64,000 nt of DNA, taken from the IMG/VR virus record IMGVR_UViG_3300046734_000671, positions 6,438-70,437 of that record; one strand, 5' to 3'. Both the position numbers and the translations under genes were made by a program. Every line of letters starts with the position of its first letter. The stretch's first letter is position 1. The notes beneath the pieces were generated by a model that did no database searches, had not been told where the DNA came from, and saw only the letters and a list, made by a program, of their open reading frames with translations. The DNA comes from a virus. Positions 1 to 9,224 of the stretch are shown here, piece after piece.

Positions 1-1
1 A

Positions 2-331
2 AAAGAGTGGTATGGTTTCTATGATGGATGCCTCCCATTCGATATGAAGTTTACACCTCCTGGTGCATTGCCACTCCCTATGGATAGAGGTGTTGTCTGC
101 ATAACCGGAAAGCTTAAGAGTTTTAAGACTAAGGCTCAAGCAGGCACAGCACTTGTTAATGTTGGCTATGTAGTAAAGTCAAGCCTAACAAAAGATGTAA
201 CGATTCTCGTAAATGAAAGCGGTATTGAATCGGCAAAAACTAAACAGGCCAGAGAATCTGGCATTGAAATAATTACGGATTTACAATCCTATTTGGAGAA
301 AAAATATGGCACTTCCCAAGTGGACAGATGA
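2..331 (+). CDS. ligB: NAD-dependent DNA ligase C-terminus with BRCT domain (T5 ligase subunit B-like), 5'-truncated by the window edge
   Basis: Frame is open from position 2. BRCT motif VCITGKL...SSLTKDVTILVNESG..SAKTKQA...GIEII. Lies immediately upstream of D5 as in T5. Confidence 0.8.
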   Translation, partial: KEWYGFYDGCLPFDMKFTPPGALPLPMDRGVVCITGKLKSFKTKAQAGTALVNVGYVVKSSLTKDVTILVNESGIESAKTKQARESGIEIITDLQSYLEKKYGTSQVDR

Positions 332-1025
332 GCGTACTGAAGCGCTCACTACCTTTGTCGGGGGCGAAAGCCCCGTATCTCAAGCTACTGTTGCAGAAGC
401 AGCAGACCAGCTTGAAACCTCTACTCGTTCTATCTCTAGCAAGCTGCGAAAGATGGGTTACGAGGTAGAGCTTGCTTCTGCTGCTTCTGGTAAGTCTTTT
501 ACCGAAGCGCAAGAAGCTACCCTCCGCGCCTTTGTTACTGACAATTCTGGTCAGTACACTTATGCTCAAATCGCTGAGCATTTCGAAGGCGGCTCTTTCT
601 CACCTAAGTCTATTCAGGGTAAGATCCTGAGTATGGAGCTGACTGACCATGTCAAGCCTGCCCCTAAGGTAGAAAGCGTACGTACCTACACTCCTGAAGA
701 AGAAACAACTTTTGTTTCTATGGTTAACGACGGTGCCTTTGTAGAGGCTATCGCTGACGCTCTTGGCCGTTCGGTCAACAGCATTCGTGGCAAGGCCCTG
801 AGCCTTCTGCGTTCTGGCGATATCGACGCTATCCCTCGCCAGGAGAGCACTAAAGGTGCTTCAAATGCAGATCCTCTCGCAGACGTAGACGTTTCGTCTA
901 TGACTGTAGAAGCTATTGCAGAAAGCATTGGCAAGACTGCTCGTGGCGTTAAGACTATGCTTACTCGTCGCGGTCTAACTGCAGCCGACTATGATGGTGC
1001 CGCTAAGGCAGCTAAGGCTCAGTAA
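306..1025 (+). CDS. D5: T5 D5-like DNA-binding transcription regulator with repeated HTH-like units
   Basis: Repeated units (STRSISSKLRKMGY / SPKSIQGKILSMEL / SVNSIRGKALSLLR / TARGVKTMLTRRG). Position between ligB and D6. Confidence 0.85.
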   Translation: MALPKWTDERTEALTTFVGGESPVSQATVAEAADQLETSTRSISSKLRKMGYEVELASAASGKSFTEAQEATLRAFVTDNSGQYTYAQIAEHFEGGSFSPKSIQGKILSMELTDHVKPAPKVESVRTYTPEEETTFVSMVNDGAFVEAIADALGRSVNSIRGKALSLLRSGDIDAIPRQESTKGASNADPLADVDVSSMTVEAIAESIGKTARGVKTMLTRRGLTAADYDGAAKAAKAQ

Positions 1026-1041
1026 AATTTTTGATGTGGGC

Positions 1042-1070
1042 GGCTGACTCCTTCGGGAGTCGGCCTTTTT
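1042..1070 (+). terminator. Rho-independent terminator after D5
   Basis: GGCTGACTCC-TTCG-GGAGTCGGCC stem with C(UUCG)G tetraloop followed by TTTTT. Confidence 0.9.
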
Positions 1071-1086
1071 CTGTTCGGGGGAACGA

Positions 1087-2436
1087 TTGAATATTTCCAG
1101 TGCTTTAATAAAGCAATGTGTTGCTGTGGGCGACTTTGAGACGTGGACTTACCTGCGTAAAGAGTACTTGCCTGCAGAATATCATTTGCTTTATGATCAC
1201 ATTGACAAGCACTGTGAAAAACATCATGACTTCCCTTCGTTCGACGATCTTAAATTAAGTATTCGCCACGGTTTAACCCGAGATAAAGTATTTGCAATAG
1301 AAAATATCTCAGTAGATATTGATGCAGTTACTTTATTAGAATATCTCAAGAATGAATATGCACAGAGAGAGATATTAAACTCTCTTGACAAGTACATTGA
1401 TAACTCAGTATTGTTCGCAGACGCACAAGAGTCTGTAAATGAACTGCATCAGATTGTCCTTGACGTAGAAGAAAAGGTTGATCTCGAACCTCCACAAGAG
1501 AGTATGCAACATATTGAGTTGTTCGAGAATGAAGAAGATATTGCAAAGTATCTTCCACTTGGTCTTAACCGTGCGTATGATAGTGAGATTACTTTCAGCC
1601 CAAGAGATTTGGTTCTCATTGGCGGAAAGCGGGGTCAAGGCAAGTCCTTAACTTGTGCTAATATTGCAAACAATGTTGTCGAATCTGGCCGTTCAGCTAT
1701 CTATTTTACCATTGAAATGGACAGTCGTGCAATACTGCAACGGTGTTGTGGGATCGCTACTGACATACCTCAAAATCGTTTACGTTCAAAGAACTTGACC
1801 GTAGATGAGTGGGAACGAGTAAGCGCATGGTGGGCTGCTCGATATGATAGAGGCCTGGAAAGGTTGGAAGAATACAAAGAACATCGTAATTTTAGCGACT
1901 TACACCATAAGCTACGTACCGAGCATGAGCTTCTCCCGACTCAACAGCTCGACGTAGTTTATGATCCAGGTCTAACTCTTGCCCGTATTCGTGCAGAGTT
2001 GGATAAGAAAGTTGGTAAAATTAATGCCGGTGTAATCATTGTAGACTATATCAACCAAGTACGTAGGTCACATCTTCCTTCGCGAGGTGGGCAGTACGAC
2101 TGGACGGAACAGATCGAAGTGAGTAAAGCACTCAAATCTATGGCACAAGAGTATGATTGTACAGTAGTATCCCCCTATCAAACTGATGCTACTGGAGAGG
2201 CAAGATTCGCAAAAGGCATTCTCGATGCAGCAGATGCTGCTTTTGCTCTTGAAAGCTGGGAACAAGAAGATAACTGTTTAACATTTAATTGTGTTAAAAT
2301 GAGATCTGCCAGTATGGAGAGTTTTACTTCTACTATGAATTGGGAGACTCTGAAGATAGGGCCTGAGTCAGAGTTGACTCCTAAAGAACGAGATGCAGCT
2401 TCCGAGAAAAGCGACGAAGACATTCACGACCTCTGA
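1087..2436 (+). CDS. D6: DnaB-like replicative helicase (T5 D6-like)
   Basis: Walker A GGKRGQGKS, FTIEM, IIVDYIN Walker B, KMR arginine finger; synteny. Confidence 0.9.
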   Translation: MNISSALIKQCVAVGDFETWTYLRKEYLPAEYHLLYDHIDKHCEKHHDFPSFDDLKLSIRHGLTRDKVFAIENISVDIDAVTLLEYLKNEYAQREILNSLDKYIDNSVLFADAQESVNELHQIVLDVEEKVDLEPPQESMQHIELFENEEDIAKYLPLGLNRAYDSEITFSPRDLVLIGGKRGQGKSLTCANIANNVVESGRSAIYFTIEMDSRAILQRCCGIATDIPQNRLRSKNLTVDEWERVSAWWAARYDRGLERLEEYKEHRNFSDLHHKLRTEHELLPTQQLDVVYDPGLTLARIRAELDKKVGKINAGVIIVDYINQVRRSHLPSRGGQYDWTEQIEVSKALKSMAQEYDCTVVSPYQTDATGEARFAKGILDAADAAFALESWEQEDNCLTFNCVKMRSASMESFTSTMNWETLKIGPESELTPKERDAASEKSDEDIHDL

Positions 2437-2437
2437 T

Positions 2438-2477
2438 AAAAATATTACTTGACACTCCCGTTATTTTCATGTATAAT
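2438..2477 (+). promoter_or_regulatory. Consensus sigma70 promoter with AT-rich UP element
   Basis: TTGACA (2449-2454), 17 bp, TATAAT (2472-2477), preceded by AAAAATATTAC. Confidence 0.9.
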
Positions 2478-2507
2478 ATATCTTGAAATTGATGGGAGTT
2501 TTTATTT

Positions 2508-2804
2508 ATGGGGATTTTATATGGATCGTTACGCCATGATGTCACGGGAAGAAAGAAGCGTAATTATGCGCGAAAAACTAAGATTAGCACGAGAGGGAGT
2601 ATTCATGACTCTCAACGAGTTAATTACCGCAGGTGTATGCCTGAGTACCCCTCAGCTCCCGACACAGCTGGAGTTGCCGCTAGGGTGGAGAGCCCACGTT
2701 ATACGGGAACCCTCGTTAAGGGTATCGGAACCATGCATAAATCCAATGCGATACCAATTATCAACGAAGAAGAAATGAAAGATATTGCCAGAATGAGAAG
2801 ATAG
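2508..2804 (+). CDS. Small basic hypothetical phage protein
   Basis: GGAG RBS at 2495-2498. C-terminal YTGTLVKGIGTMHKSNAIPI motif that I recall from other aquatic phage proteins. Lies directly downstream of a promoter. Confidence 0.65.
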   Translation: MGILYGSLRHDVTGRKKRNYARKTKISTRGSIHDSQRVNYRRCMPEYPSAPDTAGVAARVESPRYTGTLVKGIGTMHKSNAIPIINEEEMKDIARMRR

Positions 2805-3088
2805 TGCTTGAGTATGTACTATGGCACTTATTTGGATGGGAGAAGCCGGATATGCACGACGCACTTATGGAACATTGGAATACTCGCGATACTTGCCCTA
2901 ACTGTGGAGAAACTTTAGAAGGGGACGGATATAGTAATGGGAATCCTGTACGATGCCCCAATGCACACGAAGAAGATTGGTGGTACTCTGAGCCTGACAG
3001 TGGGCCTTGGCTGTGTAGTATTGATGAAGATAACTATGATGAGCCTACCGAAATGGATGAGTGGGCATCTTTTGATCCGGACTGTTAA
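2804..3088 (+). CDS. Acidic hypothetical protein with Zn-ribbon-like Cys motifs
   Basis: CPNC...CPNAH...WLC and D/E-rich C-terminus. Abuts both neighbours; start could be 2851. Confidence 0.6.
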   Translation: MLEYVLWHLFGWEKPDMHDALMEHWNTRDTCPNCGETLEGDGYSNGNPVRCPNAHEEDWWYSEPDSGPWLCSIDEDNYDEPTEMDEWASFDPDC

Positions 3089-3921
3089 TGAACGTAGAAG
3101 ATTTACTTAGCACTAAAGATATTCCTTTCATACCAAAGGGAAAAGATTTTGTTGTTCGTTGTTTGAACCCTGAACACGATGATCGCAATCCTAGTATGAG
3201 AGTAGATCAAATCACAGGCATTTTTAACTGTTTTTCCTGCGGCTATAAAGGTAGCATCTTTAAGCACTTCGGAGAAAAAGCAGATAAAATGGAATTACGG
3301 CGGCAGCTTTTGAAAAAGAAGATACAAGAAAAAAGATTAGAAGGAGTAGGACTCTCTATGCCAGAGGGTTACGCTCCGTATGTAGGTAACTGGCGAAACA
3401 TTCGTCCAGAAACTTATAAAGATTTCGAAGCCTTTATACATTCAGGTAAAGACTTCAACGGTAGAATCTGTTTCCCGATACGAGACAGATCTGGTAGAGT
3501 TATTGCATTTCAATCAAGAACAACAACAGATCAAACACCAAAATATTTATTCAGCCCTCCCGGAGTAAAGTTGCCCCTGTTCCCCGTAGTAGAACCAATA
3601 CACGATACTATTATACTGGTAGAGGGAATCTTTGACGTTATAAATTTACACGACAAGGGATTGATAAATGCTGTATGCTGTTTTGGAGTAAAAAATATAA
3701 CTACAGAAAAGTTACAAGTATTATCTGTACAAGGTATACAAAGAATAGATGTATTTTTAGATAATGATGAAGCAGGACAGAAAGGTTCAGAAGCAATAAG
3801 AAAGTTATGTGAAGAAGCAGACATAAGTACAAGAAACATTGCTTTTGGTGATAAGTATACAGATGCAGGATCATTGTCACAAACACAAATTGATAAACTA
3901 AGGAATAAACTATATGGCTAA
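3088..3921 (+). CDS. DNA primase (CHC2 Zn finger plus TOPRIM)
   Basis: CLNPEH...CFSC, ILVEGIFD, FLDNDEAG. Confidence 0.92.
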   Translation: MNVEDLLSTKDIPFIPKGKDFVVRCLNPEHDDRNPSMRVDQITGIFNCFSCGYKGSIFKHFGEKADKMELRRQLLKKKIQEKRLEGVGLSMPEGYAPYVGNWRNIRPETYKDFEAFIHSGKDFNGRICFPIRDRSGRVIAFQSRTTTDQTPKYLFSPPGVKLPLFPVVEPIHDTIILVEGIFDVINLHDKGLINAVCCFGVKNITTEKLQVLSVQGIQRIDVFLDNDEAGQKGSEAIRKLCEEADISTRNIAFGDKYTDAGSLSQTQIDKLRNKLYG

Positions 3922-6181
3922 GGTAGCTATTGTTGAGAAACAACCTAGCAAAATTAAGTATGGACAGTACTTTGATTTTGACTTTGACCAATATCAGTTG
4001 TGTTCAGACCCGACAATTAAAAGAATCTTAAAGCGGGATACTGATATTGAAATAGATATAGATTCTTATGACTGGCTAGTCCTCGTTGGCTCTGAGCCAG
4101 TAAAACATTTTACTACTGTAAATTCAGTTCAAGAATACTCAGGTAAAAAGGTAGATAAGAAATTTCTGCCTGTTATTAGTCCTGCTATGCTTGCATTTAA
4201 ACCCGAAGCAAAGAAAGCGTGGGACGAAAGTGTAGAAAGTATTCACGGATATATCTCAGGCGAATTAGAGGATGCAGTTATTGACGATAGTATCGCCTTT
4301 GGTATTCAAGATACGGAGGAGGCAAATGAATTTATTCGTCGTGCCATCAAAGATCCATGCGGATACGTTGCTCTCGACTCTGAGACTACTGGGTTATACC
4401 CTAGAGATGGCTATATGTTGGGCATTAGTCTTAGTTATAATGGCAAGTGCGGGGCTTATATTGATACCGACTGCTTTGATGACAGCACTGAGTCACTTTT
4501 ACAAACTTTATTTAATCAAAAAACCGTAGTATTTCACAATGCCAAGTTTGATATGGCATTCTTTGAGTATCACTTTCACTTTAAGTTTCCTCAGTTTGAA
4601 GATACTATGTTACTACACTATCTTGTGGATGAAAACCCAGGTGGTCACGGTCTAAAGCAGCTCGCAATCAAGCATACTAAGTACGGAGACTATGAGAAGC
4701 CAATGTATGATTGGATTGCTCAGTACAGAAAAGAGCATGGAGTTCTCAAGGATCAATTTACTTGGGATAGTATACCTTTTGAAGTTATGAAAACTTATGC
4801 AGCTATGGATGCTGTAGTTACTTTCTTGCTGTATGAAAAGTTGCTCGTTGTAAAAACTAATAAAAAACTAAAGAGTGTATATGATAATATCTTAATTCCT
4901 GGAACTCGATTTTTAATTGATACTCAGGATAATGGTGTTCCATTTGATAGAACTAGACTGTTGTTTGCCCAAGAAGCAATGCAGACAGACATTGATAATG
5001 CTATCTCTACGCTTTATGAGAATGATAAAATACGGAGGTTTGAAGAATTAAATGGAAAATCTTTTAATCCTAACTCTACCGTTCAGCTTCGTGGTCTTAT
5101 GTTTGATTATTTGGGCCTCAAACCGACTGGAAAAAAGACTGGCACGGGCGCAGACTCTACTGACGCGGAAGTGCTCAAGGAACTCAGCTTTCAATCACCT
5201 GTACCGCAACTTATCTTGGACATACGACAAAAATCTAAAATCAAGAATACTTATCTTGACAAGATCATACCTCAATTGGATAGAGATTCTCACCTTCGCA
5301 CAGGCTTTAATCTGCATGGTACTACTAGTGGTCGTCTCAGTTCTTCTGGTAAGTTAAATATGCAGCAGTTGCCTAGGGATAATCCTACGGTTAAAGGGTG
5401 TATCAAAGCATCCGCAGGCCATAAAATCGTTGCCATGGATTTGACTACGGCTGAAGTATACGTGGCCGCAGTGTTAGCAAAGGATGAAGCTCTAATGGAT
5501 GTCTTTCGTAGCGGAGGAAACTTCCATAGTACAATTGCACATAAAGTATTTAGACTGCCCTGCGCTGTAGAAGAAGTAGCAGAACTATATGCAGATCGAA
5601 GACAAGCAGCAAAGGCTGTTACCTTTGGTATTATGTATGGTGCAGGGCCCGCCAAGATTAGCGAACAAGTCACAAAAGATAGCGGAAAATTTTTCTCCAA
5701 GAACGAAGCAGCAGAAGTTATTAATGATTACTTTGCTGCGTTTCATAAGCTAAAAGCATGGATAGAAAAAAATCAAAAATTTATTTTAACAAATGGCTTC
5801 ACTTACAGCCACTTTGGACGCAAGAGGAGATTACCAAATGTTAAAAGTACCGATCAAGGCATACGAGGTCATAGCGTTAGGTCTGGTCTCAATTTCTTGG
5901 TTCAGTCTGCTGCTAGCGATATTAACTTACTCGGGGCTATTGATATGGGAGAGTTTATAAAAGGGCAAAAAATGAAGTCTAAAATCTTTGCTTTAGTCCA
6001 TGACTCGATTCTTGCGGAAGTGCCAGAAGATGAAGTTGATTTCTACTCAGAACATCTTCGTAGATTTGTTCAAATGGACAGGGGTGTCTATATCTCTGGA
6101 GCTCCTGTAGGATGTGATTTTGATATAGGTGATGACTATTCTATGGGAAAATTTAGTAAACTTTATGGCGATCACGTATAA
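3914..6181 (+). CDS. pol: DNA polymerase family A, T5 type, with 3'-5' exonuclease
   Basis: Exo motifs LDSETTG, FHNAKFD, YAAMDA. Polymerase motifs TTSGRLSSS, DLTTAEV (T5-type motif A), KAVTFGIMYG, VHDS. Confidence 0.95.
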   Translation: MAKVAIVEKQPSKIKYGQYFDFDFDQYQLCSDPTIKRILKRDTDIEIDIDSYDWLVLVGSEPVKHFTTVNSVQEYSGKKVDKKFLPVISPAMLAFKPEAKKAWDESVESIHGYISGELEDAVIDDSIAFGIQDTEEANEFIRRAIKDPCGYVALDSETTGLYPRDGYMLGISLSYNGKCGAYIDTDCFDDSTESLLQTLFNQKTVVFHNAKFDMAFFEYHFHFKFPQFEDTMLLHYLVDENPGGHGLKQLAIKHTKYGDYEKPMYDWIAQYRKEHGVLKDQFTWDSIPFEVMKTYAAMDAVVTFLLYEKLLVVKTNKKLKSVYDNILIPGTRFLIDTQDNGVPFDRTRLLFAQEAMQTDIDNAISTLYENDKIRRFEELNGKSFNPNSTVQLRGLMFDYLGLKPTGKKTGTGADSTDAEVLKELSFQSPVPQLILDIRQKSKIKNTYLDKIIPQLDRDSHLRTGFNLHGTTSGRLSSSGKLNMQQLPRDNPTVKGCIKASAGHKIVAMDLTTAEVYVAAVLAKDEALMDVFRSGGNFHSTIAHKVFRLPCAVEEVAELYADRRQAAKAVTFGIMYGAGPAKISEQVTKDSGKFFSKNEAAEVINDYFAAFHKLKAWIEKNQKFILTNGFTYSHFGRKRRLPNVKSTDQGIRGHSVRSGLNFLVQSAASDINLLGAIDMGEFIKGQKMKSKIFALVHDSILAEVPEDEVDFYSEHLRRFVQMDRGVYISGAPVGCDFDIGDDYSMGKFSKLYGDHV

Positions 6182-6659
6182 AGATATACGTTTAGTTACT
6201 TTTCCTGTCTATGCTCTGCCTTCAGGTAATTGGCATGGTCAGGATGGATTATTGTTCTTGGATGATAAAATATTGGATGATAAAAATATGAAAGGAGCTA
6301 GCTTAGGCATAAGAAGATTACAAACTCCTCATACAAATTTATTTCCTATAAAATACAAAATAACAGATTTAACTGGTATAATAAAGTCAAGTAAGAAGCA
6401 TTTTATAGATAGTATGGGAGCTATTTTTGAATACGAAAAAACTAACTTCTTAAAGCTATCTTACTACAAAATAGAAAGAATAGAAACCTTAACAAAAGTG
6501 TCAAGACTACACTTACATAGAATTAAAAAACCTTTTATTGTACCCCGGCCTCCTCCTTCAGAAATACAGTATGCAGGAGTTTTGCATAACGGAGCCAGGC
6601 CTTGGCTTCTATATGATTATTCAGAAACTAAACTAGAAGATACAAGAAGAAAAGTATGA
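6165..6659 (+). CDS. Conserved T5-like hypothetical protein downstream of pol
   Basis: LDDKNMKG.SLGIRRLQ motif and synteny. ATG at 6165 preferred over 6129. Confidence 0.7.
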   Translation: MAITYKDIRLVTFPVYALPSGNWHGQDGLLFLDDKILDDKNMKGASLGIRRLQTPHTNLFPIKYKITDLTGIIKSSKKHFIDSMGAIFEYEKTNFLKLSYYKIERIETLTKVSRLHLHRIKKPFIVPRPPPSEIQYAGVLHNGARPWLLYDYSETKLEDTRRKV

Positions 6660-6886
6660 AACTTAGTCAAAGACTAGACATAATAGTATTAGTATTATTA
6701 ATACTTTATGTTCTTACAGGATGCACGATTACAACAGATCCTGATGATTTAGGTGCGTGCCTACAATGGTCAGATGTTCAAGTAACTGAAAAAGAATGCA
6801 CAATGCCTCTGTATGGAGGAGAAAGAATATGTGCATATACGCCCTATATAACTTCAGTTTGTATTGCTCGTGAAAGCAGTACTTAG
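6656..6886 (+). CDS. Small Cys-rich lipoprotein
   Basis: Basic N-terminus, hydrophobic IIVLVLLILYV, lipobox LTG-C, four further Cys; ATGA overlap with the upstream stop. Confidence 0.7.
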   Translation: MKLSQRLDIIVLVLLILYVLTGCTITTDPDDLGACLQWSDVQVTEKECTMPLYGGERICAYTPYITSVCIARESST

Positions 6887-8174
6887 TAATCGTATCTACA
6901 TGGACGCAAACTTGGAACTTCGAGAGAAGTTATCCAAGGAATTGACGTACAAAATTGCACCTCAGAACCCTAATGATCCTCCGATCATTATTAAGAATCT
7001 GCAGCGGGTGCGCGAAAATCTGGTATCCATACCAATCGGACGAGGAGATCTAATACCAAATGCGTATGAAATGGTGGACAAGAGGGTTATGGTTCCTGTT
7101 AATTTTCCTGAGTTTCAGTTTGTACTCCGCGAATCTCAACAAGCCGTCTATGACGAACTCGACGATAGCAGTATCATCAATGCGTGGGTAAGTTGGGGAA
7201 AAACATTTACAGGTCTTGCAATAGCAGGAAAGCTAAGACAAAAAACATTAGTTATTACACATACAGTACCACTAAGAAATCAGTGGGCAAAAGAGGTAGA
7301 AAAAGTATATGGAATTACTCCAGGGATTATTGGTAGTGGTAGTTGGAACACCGATCCTTGTATTGTGGTTGGTAATACCCAAACACTCTACAGAAACATC
7401 GATCGAATTCGAAAAATGTTTGGAACAATTATCTTGGACGAAATGCATCACGTATCTTCGCCAACGTTTTCAAAAATTATCGATAGTAGTCACGCACGAT
7501 ACAAAATCGGACTGAGTGGCACAATCGAGCGAAAAGACGGAAAGCATGTAGTCTTTCGTGACTACTTTGGTAGCAAACTGTTTCAACCTCCGAAAGAAAA
7601 TTTTATGACTCCGAGCATTAATATTTATCGCTCGGAAGTACGCTTTATGGATGGTGCAAATATTCCATGGGCAAATCGGGTAAATAACCTGGCAAACAAT
7701 GAGGAATATGTTCATAGTGTCTCGTTACTTGCATCCTACTATGCAGCACGAGGGCATAAGGTACTTGTAGTATCAGATCGCGTGCACTTTCTTAAGACTT
7801 GTGCACAATTAGTAGGAGAAAAAGCAATTTGTGTAACAGGGGAAGTGCCCCACGAAGAGCGCGAAAGCCTCATTGATGAGATAAATTATGGAAATAAAGA
7901 AATACTTTTTGGTACTCAAGCGATCTTTAGTGAAGGGATTTCAGTCAATTCCCTCTCTGTCCTTATACTCGGTACCCCTATCAACAACGAACCGCTCCTC
8001 ACCCAGCTCATCGGAAGAGTTATACGAGAGCAAGAGGGAAAACGAGACCCTGTAATTGTTGATATTCATCTTAAAGGAAAAACTGCAACTCGTCAAGCCT
8101 CTAATCGTATGGGATACTATATGAAACAAGGGTATTCTATTAAAGAGCTTGGAGCCACGAAAAATAGTTCTTGA
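6870..8174 (+). CDS. D10: SF2 helicase (T5 D10-like)
   Basis: WGKT Walker A, LDEMHH, GLSGT, QLIGRVIR. GTG start at 6870 (MKAVLSNRIY) is likely. Confidence 0.9.
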   Translation: MKAVLSNRIYMDANLELREKLSKELTYKIAPQNPNDPPIIIKNLQRVRENLVSIPIGRGDLIPNAYEMVDKRVMVPVNFPEFQFVLRESQQAVYDELDDSSIINAWVSWGKTFTGLAIAGKLRQKTLVITHTVPLRNQWAKEVEKVYGITPGIIGSGSWNTDPCIVVGNTQTLYRNIDRIRKMFGTIILDEMHHVSSPTFSKIIDSSHARYKIGLSGTIERKDGKHVVFRDYFGSKLFQPPKENFMTPSINIYRSEVRFMDGANIPWANRVNNLANNEEYVHSVSLLASYYAARGHKVLVVSDRVHFLKTCAQLVGEKAICVTGEVPHEERESLIDEINYGNKEILFGTQAIFSEGISVNSLSVLILGTPINNEPLLTQLIGRVIREQEGKRDPVIVDIHLKGKTATRQASNRMGYYMKQGYSIKELGATKNSS

Positions 8175-8199
8175 CATTTACTTCAAATGTGTGTATAAT
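8160..8199 (+). promoter_or_regulatory. Consensus sigma70 promoter overlapping the D10 stop codon
   Basis: AAAAATAGTTC, TTGACA (8171-8176), 17 bp, TATAAT (8194-8199). Confidence 0.88.
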
Positions 8200-8601
8200 A
8201 TGTTGTTATATGATTGGAATAAAATCTTCGAAGTAGCCGATGGCAATACTTTTACTATATTTATTATTTTTAAAATGATTACTGCAAAGTTAGTGCCTGA
8301 AAACAAATACGACCCTATCTTCGAATTAAGTAAAAAATCTTTTAACGGGGAATCTTTTATGCTTCACCCGGACATTCTTTTATTCAATGCATATAAACAC
8401 GAGTACCGAGAGATAGCCCAGTATATCGCGTTGTGCTCTTTACGTCCAATTTCGGACTATTCAGCAACTGGGAAAATAGATCTGGATACATATCTTGTGG
8501 ATCTAGATTACGAACTTTTTAAAGATAACAGTCTACTTCGTATAGAAGATGATACAATTCACTTTATATATGAAGAAGTCCCAAAGGAGAAATTACACTA
8601 A
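8200..8601 (+). CDS. Conserved hypothetical protein between D10 and D11
   Basis: ORF from MLLYDWNKIF; T5-like synteny; TAATG coupling to D11. Confidence 0.65.
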   Translation: MLLYDWNKIFEVADGNTFTIFIIFKMITAKLVPENKYDPIFELSKKSFNGESFMLHPDILLFNAYKHEYREIAQYIALCSLRPISDYSATGKIDLDTYLVDLDYELFKDNSLLRIEDDTIHFIYEEVPKEKLH

Positions 8602-9224
8602 TGGCACTATCATTTAACAAAGCCGCTGGCGGCGCAAAGAAGTCTAGCATTACATCTTACTCATATCGTGACGGAGACAACGAAGTTCGTCTCGTAGGTG
8701 ACGTACTTGCACGATATGTTTATTGGCTAGAAGGTAAGAATGGAAAGAACATCCCTTTTGAGTGTCTTTCTTTTGATCGTAACGAAGAGCGATTCAACAA
8801 CATGGAAAAAGATTGGGTACGTGAGTACTACCCCGATCTAAAGTGTGGCTGGAGCTACGCTATGCAGTGTCTTGACCAAGGAGAAGTCAAGATTATCAAT
8901 CTTAAGAAGAAGCTCTTTGAAGCTATTCTTACAGCAGCAGAAGACCTGGGCGATCCTACAGATCCCGAAAGCGGATGGGATGTTAAGTTCAAGCGAGTAA
9001 AGACTGGACCTCTGCCCTACAATGTAGAGTACCAACTCCAGGTCTTGAAGTGCAAGCAGCGAGCTCTTGGCGAAGATGAGATGACAGCTATCTCTGAGTT
9101 GAAGTCAATGGATGATGTTATGCCTCGTCCTACCCCTGATGCACAAAAGAAGTTGCTCGATGAAATTCGAGAAGAGGCAGCAGATGTTGACGAAGAACTA
9201 GGTGAAGAGTTTGACTTGACATGA
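8601..9224 (+). CDS. D11: Single-stranded DNA-binding protein (T5 D11-like)
   Basis: VRLVGDVLARYVYW, FKRVKTGP..YNVEY, acidic C-terminal tail. Confidence 0.85.
   Translation: MALSFNKAAGGAKKSSITSYSYRDGDNEVRLVGDVLARYVYWLEGKNGKNIPFECLSFDRNEERFNNMEKDWVREYYPDLKCGWSYAMQCLDQGEVKIINLKKKLFEAILTAAEDLGDPTDPESGWDVKFKRVKTGPLPYNVEYQLQVLKCKQRALGEDEMTAISELKSMDDVMPRPTPDAQKKLLDEIREEAADVDEELGEEFDLT

Noticed and set aside
2449-2778. 109-aa alternative-frame ORF
   Set aside because: Its start is the -35 box of the promoter and it overlaps the better supported 2508-2804 ORF, which has an RBS and a recognisable motif.
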